From positions 122,073 through 186,072 of the forward strand of contig JAIEOV010000009.1 in NCBI GenBank assembly GCA_019750135.1: a stretch of 64,000 nucleotides of DNA, read 5' to 3'. Positions 1-9,611 of the stretch are shown in pieces. The notes beneath the pieces are model-generated. The model had not been told where the DNA came from and made no database searches. It worked only from the letters and a program-made list of their open reading frames with translations. The translations under genes were made by a program, and so were the position numbers. Within the stretch, counting starts at the first letter, position 1, and each line of letters begins with the position of its first letter. This DNA is from Reyranella sp. (GTDB lineage Bacteria; Pseudomonadota; Alphaproteobacteria; Reyranellales; Reyranellaceae).

Positions 1-1895
1 GCGGCGGCCACGCGGATCGTGTACTCCTGGCCCGTCGCGGTGAAGGCATGCCGCTGATCGACGAAGAGCTTCGGACCGCGGTCGGAGACCGGCGCCTGCA
101 GCAGCGCGTTCTCGATCGATACGCGACCCCAGCCCACGTTGTTGTTCGGGCCAGCGGCGATCATTCCGCCAGCGCCGTCCGTGCCCCCTGTCACCGGTTC
201 AGTGCTCGAGACCAGCAGGGCCTTGACCAGCGCCGGGCTCGGCGTCTTTCCGTTGCGGGTCTGGCGCCACCAGTCGATCAGCAGCGCGGCAGTGCCCGCG
301 ACATGCGGCGACGCCATCGACGTGCCGGACATCTGCGCGTGCACGGCGTGCAGAGTGCCACCCGTGTCGGTGTAGGGTCCGCTGCGGAATCCCACCGGAC
401 TGTAGGTGGAGATGATGTCGGTTCCCGGTGCCACGAAGGTGGGCAGCATCCTCCCATCGGTCGCGGGGCCGCGCGACGAGGTTGTCGCGAGTCCGCGAAT
501 GTCGTCGTTTGCGGTAAATTCCCCGGGACGCGCGTTGAGCGAGTTGCCCACGAGGATCGCGTTCTTCGGATTCTTCGTCACCGTGCCGGCGCCCGATCCG
601 CTGTTTCCCGCCGAAAAGACGATAACGAGCGGCGTCTGGTCGGTGGTCGTCGCGTCGGCGTCGCGAACGCCAAGATCGATGGTACGATCGTCGGCGGAGT
701 AGTCAGGGCCGTTCATCGCCCACGAATTGTTCATGACGTCGGCGCCCTGAAGCACCGACTGCCGCACGCGCGCCGCGACCGTGCCACCGAGCTCGATAAG
801 CCCCACGTCGGCGCCCGGCGCCATGCCCTGCCCGAGCAGGAACCCCTGCGGGTCGGCGTCGCCCGAGTTGCCGTTTCCCGCTGCGATGCCGGCGACATGC
901 GTGCCGTGCCCGTCGGTGTCGGCGCCGACGACGGCCGCGCCTGCGGAATCCACGACGAAGGCGAGGCGCCCGGCGAGATCGGCATGGACGGTCATCGGAT
1001 CATTGGTGTCGATACCGGTATCACACACCGCGATCGTCACGCCGGTGCCGTCCACCCCAAGCCCCGTCAGGTTCGCCGCGTACCCCGTGTTCGGAAGCGT
1101 GTTGGGTGCGGGAGTCGCGTTGAGGTCCTCGAAGACGATCTGCGAGCTGCGCTCGTCTTCGATTACGGGTTCGTGCACGGCATCGATCCAGCGGACATCA
1201 TCGTGCGCGGCAATCGAGGGCAGGGCTTTGGTGGGCACCTGTGCCGTGATGCTGCGGAACGCATCGGGCGATTGGGGAGCGATCTCCAGGACGGTCCCGC
1301 CGAGCGAGGTCACGAGCGTCGAAACACCGTCGACGTCGCCCTCGGTGAGCACGCCGATATCGACCCCCTTGATGGGTCCGAGGCCGCGATCGGTGCCGAC
1401 ATTCGGATTGCCGCTCAGCAGCTTGGGGTTGACCTTGAAGGCCGGCGCGAGCGGACCCGTCCATTCGACGAACGGAAGTGCGACCGCGGATGCCACGGCG
1501 TCGGCGTCGGCGCGCACGTAGTACGCATGCGGGTTGACGGCTTGAACGAGTCGAATGCCGCGCTCAGCGAGAGTCGCGAGCCACGACTCCTGAACCGGCC
1601 CGACGAGCTGAATCAGGTGGTTGACCCCGTCGGCGGCTTCTACGGATGCGAACTGCGGCGGGATCGAAGGGAGCTTTCCGCCGGCGGTGTCGATCTCGTA
1701 GGTGAAGAGTCGAATCGTGTGCGGGTCGCGCACGGCTTTGACGCGCCACCCCTCGCGCCTGAGGCGCTCGACATGTTGCTCGTCGGCGTCGATGACGAAA
1801 CCGCGGTCCAAGGAACTTACGACACCGAGGCCGTCCGCCTCGACGATTGCCCTGTCGGCCTGGGTACGGTGGACGATTGCGTAGCGTTCAGACAT
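1..1895 (-). CDS. S8 subtilisin-like serine protease (Kp-43-like), 3' end runs off the window
   Basis: Not in the ORF track (no stop in window). Manual minus-strand translation from ATG 1895 (GGAGG upstream) gives MSERYAIVH... with triad motifs VCDTG, GHGTHVAG and SGTSMASPHVAG, plus FSAGN and SSRGP. Confidence 0.9.
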   Translation of the reverse strand, partial: MSERYAIVHRTQADRAIVEADGLGVVSSLDRGFVIDADEQHVERLRREGWRVKAVRDPHTIRLFTYEIDTAGGKLPSIPPQFASVEAADGVNHLIQLVGPVQESWLATLAERGIRLVQAVNPHAYYVRADADAVASAVALPFVEWTGPLAPAFKVNPKLLSGNPNVGTDRGLGPIKGVDIGVLTEGDVDGVSTLVTSLGGTVLEIAPQSPDAFRSITAQVPTKALPSIAAHDDVRWIDAVHEPVIEDERSSQIVFEDLNATPAPNTLPNTGYAANLTGLGVDGTGVTIAVCDTGIDTNDPMTVHADLAGRLAFVVDSAGAAVVGADTDGHGTHVAGIAAGNGNSGDADPQGFLLGQGMAPGADVGLIELGGTVAARVRQSVLQGADVMNNSWAMNGPDYSADDRTIDLGVRDADATTTDQTPLVIVFSAGNSGSGAGTVTKNPKNAILVGNSLNARPGEFTANDDIRGLATTSSRGPATDGRMLPTFVAPGTDIISTYSPVGFRSGPYTDTGGTLHAVHAQMSGTSMASPHVAGTAALLIDWWRQTRNGKTPSPALVKALLVSSTEPVTGGTDGAGGMIAAGPNNNVGWGRVSIENALLQAPVSDRGPKLFVDQRHAFTATGQEYTIRVAA

Positions 1896-2066
1896 GGCAG
1901 CCTCCCGCTCTCGACGTTGTCACATGGGATAGGTTTGAGCAGTTGTGCAGAATGAATGCAATTGCCACCTGGAGATGTGGCATTTGCCACACTCCAGCGA
2001 CCGCCCGAAGACGAGCGGTGGCGGTGCGGCTTTGAAGTGCCGCGTCAAGAAAACGACAAGCGTCGG

Positions 2067-3887
2067 TTAGGCAGCCTGGCTTTCGCCAACCTCCCGCGCC
2101 ACCTGCGCCGGCACCCTGACCGGCATGTCGAGCAACATCTGGGCGAAGGCCTTGGCCAGCGGATCGGCCTTGAGCGAGGCCATGCCGCCGCCGCCCAGCG
2201 CCTGGCGCAGCAGGAAGTTGAAGCCGTGGATGCCGGGCAGGCGCCAGCGCGTCACCTTGCCCTGGATGCGATGGGCGAAGTACCGGGCCACCGCCTCTTC
2301 CGTCACCTCGGCGTCGAGGATGGGCTCGTACTCTGGCTTGCGCGCGAAGATCCCGATATTGGCGTTGTCGCCCTTGTCGCCCGAGCGGCCGTAGGCAAGC
2401 GCCACCAGAGGCACGGTCGCCGTCGCCGCATTCGGGCCGGTGGTCGGCAGCGCCGGTGCCGCCGGCGCCTCGGCCGGCAGGTCGGCGGCGCTGAAGCCGC
2501 CGCTCTTGGCGGCGCGGTCCAGCGTGATGCTGTGCCCATCCATCTCGATCGTCACCGGCACCAGGGTCTTCGGGACGAGGCAGGAGAACATGCGGATGAC
2601 CGGCGAGGGCGTACTGCGGCCGGCGCCGAAGCTGCCGGTCATGCCAACCACGCCGCCGGTCGCCATGGGCGCGATCTCGCGGCCGAGCAGGCCCAGCGCC
2701 TCCTTCTGGTCGTGCTTGGCCGCGATCTTGACCACGACCTCGCGGCTCTCCTGCACGCGCGAGTGCGGGCCGTAGGTCGCCTCGCCGCCGATGATCTCGA
2801 TGCTGAGGTCGCGGTAGTCGCCCATGTTCTTCTCGCGGAACATGCGGCGTGTCTTCTTGATGATCGCCTCGGCGCTGTGCTGACCCTTGGCCACTGCCTC
2901 GCGCCCGCCCAGCATGAAGATGGTGCTGAGCTTGTAGCCGTCGGGCCAGGTGGTCGAGACCTTGTAGGTGTCGGTCGGCGGCCGACCCTTGGCGCCCGAC
3001 ACGCGCACGCGGTCCTTGCCGACCTGTTCATAGGTCGCCTGGGTAAAGTCGCAGGCCACGTCCGGCACCATGTAGGCGCGCGGATCGCCGATCTCGTAGA
3101 GCATCTGCTCGGCCACCGTCGCGGTGGTGATCAGGCCGCCGGTGCCCTCGGGCTTGGAGAGCACGAACGAGCCGTCGGCCGACACTTCGGCTACCGGGAA
3201 GCCCATGTTGTCGTAGTCGGGCACCAGCTGCCAGTCGGTGAAGTTGCCGCCGTTGCACTGCGCGCCGCATTCGATGATGTGGCCGCAGAGCGTGCCGGCG
3301 GCGAGCCTGTCGTAATCGTCCATCGTCCAGCCGAAGGCATGGATCAGCGCGCCCAGGGTCACCGCAGAATCGACGCAGCGGCCGGTGATCACGACATCGG
3401 CGCCTTCGGCAAGCGCGCGGGCGATCGGAAAGCCACCGAGATACGCGTTCATGCTGACGATCTTTGCCGGCAGCTCGGCGCCCGTATCCATCTCGCGGAT
3501 GTCGAGCCCGCGCAGCTCGTCGATGCGCGGCAGCAGGTCATCGCCCAGCACGACGGCGACCTTGAGCTTCACGCCCGCCGCCTCGCAGGCCTTGAGCACG
3601 GCGTCGCGGCAGGCCTGCGGGTTCACGCCGCCGGCATTGGTGATCACCTTGATCTTCTTGTCGGCGATCTCGCGGGCGAGCGGCGCCATGACGACGCTGA
3701 CGAAGTCGATGGCGTAGCCGGCCTGCGGATTGCGCAGCTTCTGGGCCGCCATGATCGACATGGTGACCTCGGCGAGATAGTCGCTCACCAGGTAGTCGAC
3801 GTTGCCCTGGCGCACGAGCTGGGCGGCGGCCGTCTCGGTGTCGCCCCAGAAGCCGGAATGGCAACCGATACGGACAGTGTTGGCCAT
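2067..3887 (-). CDS. Acyclic terpene utilization AtuA family protein
   Basis: MANTVRIGCHSGFWGD, DYLAEVTM and C-terminal AYGRSGDKGDNANIG motifs; start trimmed to ATG 3887 behind GAGGAAG. Confidence 0.9.
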   Translation of the reverse strand: MANTVRIGCHSGFWGDTETAAAQLVRQGNVDYLVSDYLAEVTMSIMAAQKLRNPQAGYAIDFVSVVMAPLAREIADKKIKVITNAGGVNPQACRDAVLKACEAAGVKLKVAVVLGDDLLPRIDELRGLDIREMDTGAELPAKIVSMNAYLGGFPIARALAEGADVVITGRCVDSAVTLGALIHAFGWTMDDYDRLAAGTLCGHIIECGAQCNGGNFTDWQLVPDYDNMGFPVAEVSADGSFVLSKPEGTGGLITTATVAEQMLYEIGDPRAYMVPDVACDFTQATYEQVGKDRVRVSGAKGRPPTDTYKVSTTWPDGYKLSTIFMLGGREAVAKGQHSAEAIIKKTRRMFREKNMGDYRDLSIEIIGGEATYGPHSRVQESREVVVKIAAKHDQKEALGLLGREIAPMATGGVVGMTGSFGAGRSTPSPVIRMFSCLVPKTLVPVTIEMDGHSITLDRAAKSGGFSAADLPAEAPAAPALPTTGPNAATATVPLVALAYGRSGDKGDNANIGIFARKPEYEPILDAEVTEEAVARYFAHRIQGKVTRWRLPGIHGFNFLLRQALGGGGMASLKADPLAKAFAQMLLDMPVRVPAQVAREVGESQAA

Positions 3888-3889
3888 GG

Positions 3890-4690
3890 CTACTTCCTCT
3901 TGCGATTGACGAACGCGCCCATGCGCTCGATGTGCTCGCCCTCGGCAACCGACTGGGCGAAGGCGTCGATACCGGCCTGCACCGCCTCGTCGAGCGGCAG
4001 CCGCTCCCAGCGCCGCATCAGCCGCTTCTGCGCCCGCACCGCCTTGGGCGTGCCCTCGACGATCGCGGCGACGCAATGCTCGACCGCGGCGTCGAGCTTG
4101 GCGACAGGAACGACCTGCTCGACCATGCCCCAGCGATCGGCCGTGACGGCGTCGATGTTCTCGGCCGTCAGCAGCAGCCACGAGGTGCGGCCCCAGCCGA
4201 TCAGGCGCGGCAGCAGGGCCGCCTCGACCACCGATGGGACGCCGACCTTGACCTCGGGCATGCCGAAGAAGGCGTTGTCGGCGGCGATGCGCATGTCGCA
4301 GGCCGCCGCCACCTCCAGCCCGGCGCCCAGCGTATAGCCCTCCATGCGGCAGATCACCGGCACGGGGCAGTCGCGGATGGCCTGGCAGAGCTTGTGGACG
4401 CTGGTGATGAAGGCGCGGCCGTCCTCGGAGCTCCTCATCCCGGCCATGTGATTGATGTCGGCGCCGCCGATGAAGGCCTTGCCGCCCGCGCCCGACAGCA
4501 CGACGACGCGCAGGTCGTCCTCGCGCGCCAGCCCCAGGAACGCCTCGGTGAGATCGAGCAGCGCCGGCGGATTGAGCGAGTTCAGCTTGCGCGAATTGTC
4601 GAACACGACATTGGCGACCGTGCCGATTCCTCCGCCAATCTGGGGCCGGCGATCCCAGGAAATGTCGACCTTATGCACGCCTGACGCCAT
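3890..4690 (-). CDS. Enoyl-CoA hydratase/isomerase family protein
   Basis: AFIGGADI, GAGLE and FGMPEVKVG crotonase motifs; stop abuts the atuA-like start. Confidence 0.88.
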   Translation of the reverse strand: MASGVHKVDISWDRRPQIGGGIGTVANVVFDNSRKLNSLNPPALLDLTEAFLGLAREDDLRVVVLSGAGGKAFIGGADINHMAGMRSSEDGRAFITSVHKLCQAIRDCPVPVICRMEGYTLGAGLEVAAACDMRIAADNAFFGMPEVKVGVPSVVEAALLPRLIGWGRTSWLLLTAENIDAVTADRWGMVEQVVPVAKLDAAVEHCVAAIVEGTPKAVRAQKRLMRRWERLPLDEAVQAGIDAFAQSVAEGEHIERMGAFVNRKRK

Positions 4691-4786
4691 GACGTTTCGC
4701 TCCGTGGCTCTTTGTCGGTGGGGGAATTTCATCTATTAGAGCGCCGCAGCAAAGCTTCACAAGAGCCACCCCAAGAGCCTACCCGC

Positions 4787-5677
4787 ATGCCCGATTCCAT
4801 CGACCTCGGCAGCTACTCGGTCTTCGTGCCGCCCGATCCCTTCGAGGATCATGTCGGGCCGTTCTACTACCGCATCACCGGCGACGCACGGCAGGCGGGC
4901 AGCGTGCATTGCGTGCTGCCGACGCACGAGCGCCACGGCAACTATGCGGGCGGCGTGCATGGCGGCGCCACGCTTACCTTCGCCGACTACGCGCTCTGCC
5001 TGGTCGCCGGTCGGGCCGCCGACGGCGGCACCAACACCGCGTTCGCCGTGACGGTGAGCATCGCCGTGGAGTTCCTCGATGCCGGCCGCGTCGGCCTGCC
5101 GCTCGAAGCGAGCGGCGAGCCGCTGCAGGTGACGGGCCGGCTCGCCTTCGCGCGCGGCAGCATCACCCAGCAGGGCAAGACCATCGCGCTGTGGTCGGGC
5201 GTGTGCCGCCACGTGCCGCGCGCCAAGGCGATGGAGCGCAAGGACGCGACGGCGGCGGCCGCGTCGGCGCTGGTCGCGCAGAGCGTACCGGCCGGCTTCG
5301 AACTGCTGTCCAACGCCAGCGTCTACTCCCGCCATATCGGCCCCTCCTATGCGCGCAAGGAGACCGATGGCGCCTCCCTGGTCCAGCCCACCCTGCCGCA
5401 CATGTGCAACTCGGGCGGCGTGCTGCACGGCGGCTACATGATGAGCTTCGCCGATTCGGCGGTGACGCGCGCCGCCGGCCTCGTCACCGGCATGGCGCCC
5501 TCGACGGTGGCCTTTGCCGCCGAGTTCCTGTCGGCCGGCACGGCCACGACGCCGATCACCACCCGGGTCGAGGTGCCGCGCCACGGCAAGTCGCTCGCCT
5601 TCATGCGCGGCCTGCTGGAGCAGGACGGCCGCAAGCTCCTGTCCTATTCGGCGACCATCAAGCTGCGGTCGCGTTAG
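4787..5677 (+). CDS. Tandem PaaI-type (double hotdog) thioesterase
   Basis: Two PaaI motifs: NYAGGVHGGATLTFAD and NSGGVLHGGYMMSFAD. Confidence 0.85.
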   Translation: MPDSIDLGSYSVFVPPDPFEDHVGPFYYRITGDARQAGSVHCVLPTHERHGNYAGGVHGGATLTFADYALCLVAGRAADGGTNTAFAVTVSIAVEFLDAGRVGLPLEASGEPLQVTGRLAFARGSITQQGKTIALWSGVCRHVPRAKAMERKDATAAAASALVAQSVPAGFELLSNASVYSRHIGPSYARKETDGASLVQPTLPHMCNSGGVLHGGYMMSFADSAVTRAAGLVTGMAPSTVAFAAEFLSAGTATTPITTRVEVPRHGKSLAFMRGLLEQDGRKLLSYSATIKLRSR

Positions 5678-5688
5678 AGATACCCTGA

Positions 5689-6453
5689 TCAGCGCCCCTG
5701 CCACTTCGGCGGCCGCTTTTCCGCGAACGCGCGCGGCCCTTCCTGGGCGTCTTCGCTCATGTACACGGGCTCGAACAGATGCCGGCCGACGCGAAGTGCG
5801 GCGGACCTGCCCATCTCGGTCGACAGGTAGACCAGCTCGCGGGCGGCGCGCACGGTCAGCGGCGCGTTGCGCACGATGGTCGACGCCATCTCCAGGGCGG
5901 CGGCGCGCAGCCTGTCCGGCGGGACCACGGCGTTGACGTAGCCGAGCTCGCAGGCCCGCCGCGCGCTGAGCGGCTGGGCGGTGAGCAGCAGCTCCATCAC
6001 GATGCGCTGCGGGAGCATGTGGATCAGCGGTGTCGCCCAGGGAACCCCGCGGCCGACCTTGGGCTCGGTGATGCCGAACGACGCGTTCTCGCTCGCGATG
6101 CAGAGATCGCACATCTGGGCGAACAGCCAGCCGCCCGCATAGGCGACACCGTTCACGGCCGCGATGACCGGCTTGGAGACGTGGATGTTGTCACCGAGGA
6201 CGGGAATGAAATCCCGTGGCGGGACCTGAATCCCGGTGGCGGCCGCTTCCTTGAGGTCCATGCCGGCGCAAAAAGCCCTTTCCCCGCTGCCCGTCAGGAT
6301 CGCGACCTTCAAGGATGCGTCCTCCTCGAAGCGTTTCCAGGCCTCGGCCAGGCCGTGGCGAATCCCCGAGTTGATGGCATTGAGCTGCGCGGGACGATTG
6401 AGGGTGATGATCGCTACCGGCCCCTCGACCTCGAACAAGACGTCTTCGGACAT
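5689..6453 (-). CDS. Enoyl-CoA hydratase/isomerase family protein
   Basis: ITLNRP, AFCAGMDL, KPVIAAVNG and C-terminal EGPRAFAEKRPPKWQGR. Confidence 0.9.
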   Translation of the reverse strand: MSEDVLFEVEGPVAIITLNRPAQLNAINSGIRHGLAEAWKRFEEDASLKVAILTGSGERAFCAGMDLKEAAATGIQVPPRDFIPVLGDNIHVSKPVIAAVNGVAYAGGWLFAQMCDLCIASENASFGITEPKVGRGVPWATPLIHMLPQRIVMELLLTAQPLSARRACELGYVNAVVPPDRLRAAALEMASTIVRNAPLTVRAARELVYLSTEMGRSAALRVGRHLFEPVYMSEDAQEGPRAFAEKRPPKWQGR

Positions 6454-6510
6454 GATCCAGACTCCCTTCCCTTGCGGCGATCTGCACCATGGCACGAATC
6501 CGATGACCGA

Positions 6511-7476
6511 TCAGGTCAGCGAGATTCCCAATGCGCCGATCAGGTCGGCGTAGCGCTCGTTCTGTACCGTCATGATCCTGGACAATTCGGCTGCCGGCAC
6601 GGCGAGCGGCGACACGCCGCCCGAGCGCAACTGCGAAACGAACTCCGCATCCTTGATTGCCTGCTGGCTCGCCTCCCTCAAGCCTTCCACGTAGGCAGCC
6701 GGCGCGCGCGACGGCACGACGAGGCCGCAGAAGATCGTCAAAGGGTCGGGCTCTCCGAACCCAGCCTCCTCCGCGGTAGGCACGTCGGGAAAGGCTTCCT
6801 CGCGCCGCGGCCCGAACACGGCGAGCGGACGCAGATTGCCCGCCTTCACCCGCGGCGCGACGGCGAACGGCGTATCGACCGCGATGTCGACCACGCCGCC
6901 CATCACCGCCATGCTTCCTTCCGGCAGGCTGCGGAACGGCACATGCGTCAGGTCGACGCCGTTGCGCTTCTTGAACATTTCCATCTGCAGATGGGAATAC
7001 GTGCCGACCCCATTCGTCGCGTAGGTGAGCTTGCCGGGATTGCTCTTCGCGTAGGTCACGAGATCCTGCAGGTTCTTCAGCGGATGGTCGGGGCGCACCA
7101 CCCAGACGGCCGACGTCGTGAACAGCGGCGTCACCGGAGTGAAATCCCGGACCGGATCGTAACCAGCGTCCTTGTAGACGTGTGCGGCGATGAGGAACGT
7201 GTTGCTCGCCACGAGCAGAGCCGCCTGCGGATCGCCGCGCAGAACCGTCTGAGCGGCGATCAGTCCGCCCGCACCCGGCTTGTTGCCGACGATGACGGTC
7301 CGCTTCAGCAGGGGCGCGGCCTTGTTCGCGTACATCCGCGCCACGATGTCGTTCAAGCCGCCCGGGCCGAACGGACCGACGATCGTGAGTAGGTTGTCCT
7401 GCTGCGCCCGCGACCCGCGCGAAGCCGCGAGACCCACGGCCACAGCGGCGCCAATGACGACCTTCCTTCGTTCCAT
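6511..7476 (-). CDS. Bug/TctC tripartite tricarboxylate transporter substrate-binding protein
   Basis: N-terminal export signal, PFGPGGLND, NKPGAGG, YDPVRDFTPV, PDVPT. Confidence 0.85.
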   Translation of the reverse strand: MERRKVVIGAAVAVGLAASRGSRAQQDNLLTIVGPFGPGGLNDIVARMYANKAAPLLKRTVIVGNKPGAGGLIAAQTVLRGDPQAALLVASNTFLIAAHVYKDAGYDPVRDFTPVTPLFTTSAVWVVRPDHPLKNLQDLVTYAKSNPGKLTYATNGVGTYSHLQMEMFKKRNGVDLTHVPFRSLPEGSMAVMGGVVDIAVDTPFAVAPRVKAGNLRPLAVFGPRREEAFPDVPTAEEAGFGEPDPLTIFCGLVVPSRAPAAYVEGLREASQQAIKDAEFVSQLRSGGVSPLAVPAAELSRIMTVQNERYADLIGALGISLT

Positions 7477-7497
7477 GATGCCCTCGCTGCGCCCGCC

Positions 7498-8397
7498 TCA
7501 GGATGCGGCTGCTTCGACGCGTCGACCCTCGACGGCCCGCACTCTGTCGCCGACGACGGTCACGCGGGCCATCCGGCGCGTGGCAGGGTAGTAGTCCTGG
7601 ACGGCGTAGTGCTGCGTCGCCCGGTTGTCCCAGAAGGCGATCGTGTTCGGTCGCCAGCGCAGCCTCACCTGGAACTCGGGTTGCGCCGCCTGCGAAAACA
7701 GGTAGTTCATCAGCTTGTTCGCCTCGATCGCAAAATCCGCGCCGATGCCGCGCTCGCGCTTCTGCGTGTAGTTGGTGAAGTGCGTGGTGAAACCCTGGTT
7801 GACGTTCAGGATCTTCTCGCCGGTCTCGGGATGCACCGCGACGACGGGATGCTCCTGCGCCGGAAACTCCCGACTGAGCTCGCGCCGCTTCTCCACGGTG
7901 TAGTCGCCGCCGAACGAGTGCGCGATGTCATGCATCGCATAGAGGCCCTCGCAGATCGACTTCAGTCGCTCGGGGAGCCGCGCGTGGGCCAAGGCCATGT
8001 TCGCCCAGATCGTGTCGCCGCCCACCGGTGGGCATTCCACGCACCGCAGGATCGAGCCCATCGAGGGCCGCTCGCGCCATGTCGTATCGGCATGAAAGAT
8101 GTTCTCGTTGGCCGGGCGGCGACTTCCCCGGTCGAGCAGGGCGAGTTCATCGTGGTCGGGGTGGCGACGAAAGACGGGATGGACCTCCAGTTCCCCGAAG
8201 GCCCGGGCGAATTCCACGTGAGCCCTGGGCGAGATGTCCTGGTCGCGGAAGAACAAGACCTTGTGCTCGAGCAATGCCTTGCGAATGGCGGCGATCAGCG
8301 CCGGATCGGCGGCTGCCGTCTCGAGATCGACGCCGTGGACCTCGGCTCCGAGGGCGGGAGAGACGGGTTCGACGCTGAACCCACTTGGCACGGTCAT
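7498..8397 (-). CDS. TauD/TfdA family Fe(II)/2-oxoglutarate dioxygenase
   Basis: HADTT (HxD), GGDTIWAN, HPVV and WDNRATQHYA motifs. Confidence 0.9.
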   Translation of the reverse strand: MTVPSGFSVEPVSPALGAEVHGVDLETAAADPALIAAIRKALLEHKVLFFRDQDISPRAHVEFARAFGELEVHPVFRRHPDHDELALLDRGSRRPANENIFHADTTWRERPSMGSILRCVECPPVGGDTIWANMALAHARLPERLKSICEGLYAMHDIAHSFGGDYTVEKRRELSREFPAQEHPVVAVHPETGEKILNVNQGFTTHFTNYTQKRERGIGADFAIEANKLMNYLFSQAAQPEFQVRLRWRPNTIAFWDNRATQHYAVQDYYPATRRMARVTVVGDRVRAVEGRRVEAAAS

Positions 8398-8426
8398 GGC
8401 TGAGCTCCCGTCCGACACGACGCAGA

Positions 8427-8444
8427 CTAAATCAACTGACTTAA
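8427..8444. promoter_or_regulatory. Putative TetR operator CTAAATCA-AC-TGACTTAA
   Basis: Imperfect palindrome (TAAnTCA-N2-TGAnTTA) in the AT-rich gap between divergent tauD-like and tetR genes. Confidence 0.55.
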
Positions 8445-8518
8445 ACGATGTCAAGCACGTGTCTTAAACATGCAAGCTGCTTGCTCCATTTCTCCCTGCG
8501 GGCTAGCTTTTCGCGGAC

Positions 8519-9250
8519 ATGGCCAGGCTTGGAAACGTCAAACGTCCGTCTTCGCGCAGGACAGCAGGAACCGCATCCAACAGCTCCGAGGTCCTCCTGC
8601 TGACGGCCGAGCGCCTCTACGCCGAGCGCGGCCTCGATGGCGTGTCGTTGCGCGAGATCGCCCGGGAAGCGGAGCAAAAGAACAACTCGGCCCTGCACTA
8701 CCACTTCGGTTCGAAGGAGGCCCTGCTCGACGCCATTATCCGCTATCGGATGGCGCAAGTGGATGCCCTGCGGAACGAATACCTGGACGGCTCGGAAGCG
8801 CAGGGTCGAACGGATCTGCGCGCCATCGTCGAGGCGCTGGTGAGGCCGCTTGCGCACGGCCTGGTCTCGACCCGCCCTAACAACCACTACAACCGTTTCC
8901 TTGCCGCTGCGCAGATTCACCCGGACATCGACCTCGCGGCGCACGCGAGCGATGAGGCCCAGAGAGGCTTCCGCCGTGTCTACGCAAAGCTGGAGCGGGC
9001 ATTGCCGCTGCTACCGCCGGCATTGCTGCGTCAGAGATATCTCACCAGCATCGCGCTGATCACGTTCAGCCTCGCGGATTTCGAGAGGATCAAGGCACGC
9101 AAGGTCCGGGAGAGCCGCCGGTTCGACATGGCCCGCGCCATCGACAACCTCATCGACATGATTGCAGGGGCGCTCGACGCGACTGTCTCCCCCCAGGTCA
9201 AATCCCGTTTGGACATCACAAACGCAGCACCTGCTCTACGCTCGGCGTGA
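8519..9250 (+). CDS. TetR family transcriptional regulator
   Basis: AERLYAERGLDGVSLREIA...ALHYHFGSKEAL HTH. Confidence 0.9.
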   Translation: MARLGNVKRPSSRRTAGTASNSSEVLLLTAERLYAERGLDGVSLREIAREAEQKNNSALHYHFGSKEALLDAIIRYRMAQVDALRNEYLDGSEAQGRTDLRAIVEALVRPLAHGLVSTRPNNHYNRFLAAAQIHPDIDLAAHASDEAQRGFRRVYAKLERALPLLPPALLRQRYLTSIALITFSLADFERIKARKVRESRRFDMARAIDNLIDMIAGALDATVSPQVKSRLDITNAAPALRSA

Positions 9251-9257
9251 CGAGAGG

Positions 9258-9611
9258 TCAGTCTACCTTAACCCCGGCCTGCTCGGCGACGCGGTTGACC
9301 TCGTGGTCGAACAGGTCGCGCAGGCGGCGCACGGTCGACAGGTCCCCGGCCTTGGCCGCCCGCTCGACGGCTTCGGCGATCTGGCGCAACGCCAGGGCGC
9401 CGATCATCCCCGATGCGCCCTTCAGGCGATGCGCGGCGCGGGCGATCGCCGTGAAGTCGTCGGTGCCCTTGATCTCGCGCGCCGCCTCGCGGGCGGTCTC
9501 CAGGAACTCGCGCTCGACCTCGGCCAGGGTCCGCGGATCGTCGCCGAACAGCTCGACGAGCTTGTCGCGGTCATAGGCAGGATTGGGGGCCGGGTGGGGG
9601 CTCTGCTTCAT
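9258..9611 (-). CDS. Hpt (histidine phosphotransfer) domain protein
   Basis: [13 protein letters not shown] motif; ATGA overlap with the upstream kinase stop. Confidence 0.85.
   Translation of the reverse strand: MKQSPHPAPNPAYDRDKLVELFGDDPRTLAEVEREFLETAREAAREIKGTDDFTAIARAAHRLKGASGMIGALALRQIAEAVERAAKAGDLSTVRRLRDLFDHEVNRVAEQAGVKVD

Noticed and set aside
48-1955. 635-aa plus-strand ORF, and similar long ORFs such as 1956-4337, 28245-31730, 38747-41512 and 57874-59958
   Set aside because: Arg/Gly/His-rich shadow frames of recognisable genes on the opposite strand or in another frame; expected in high-GC DNA.
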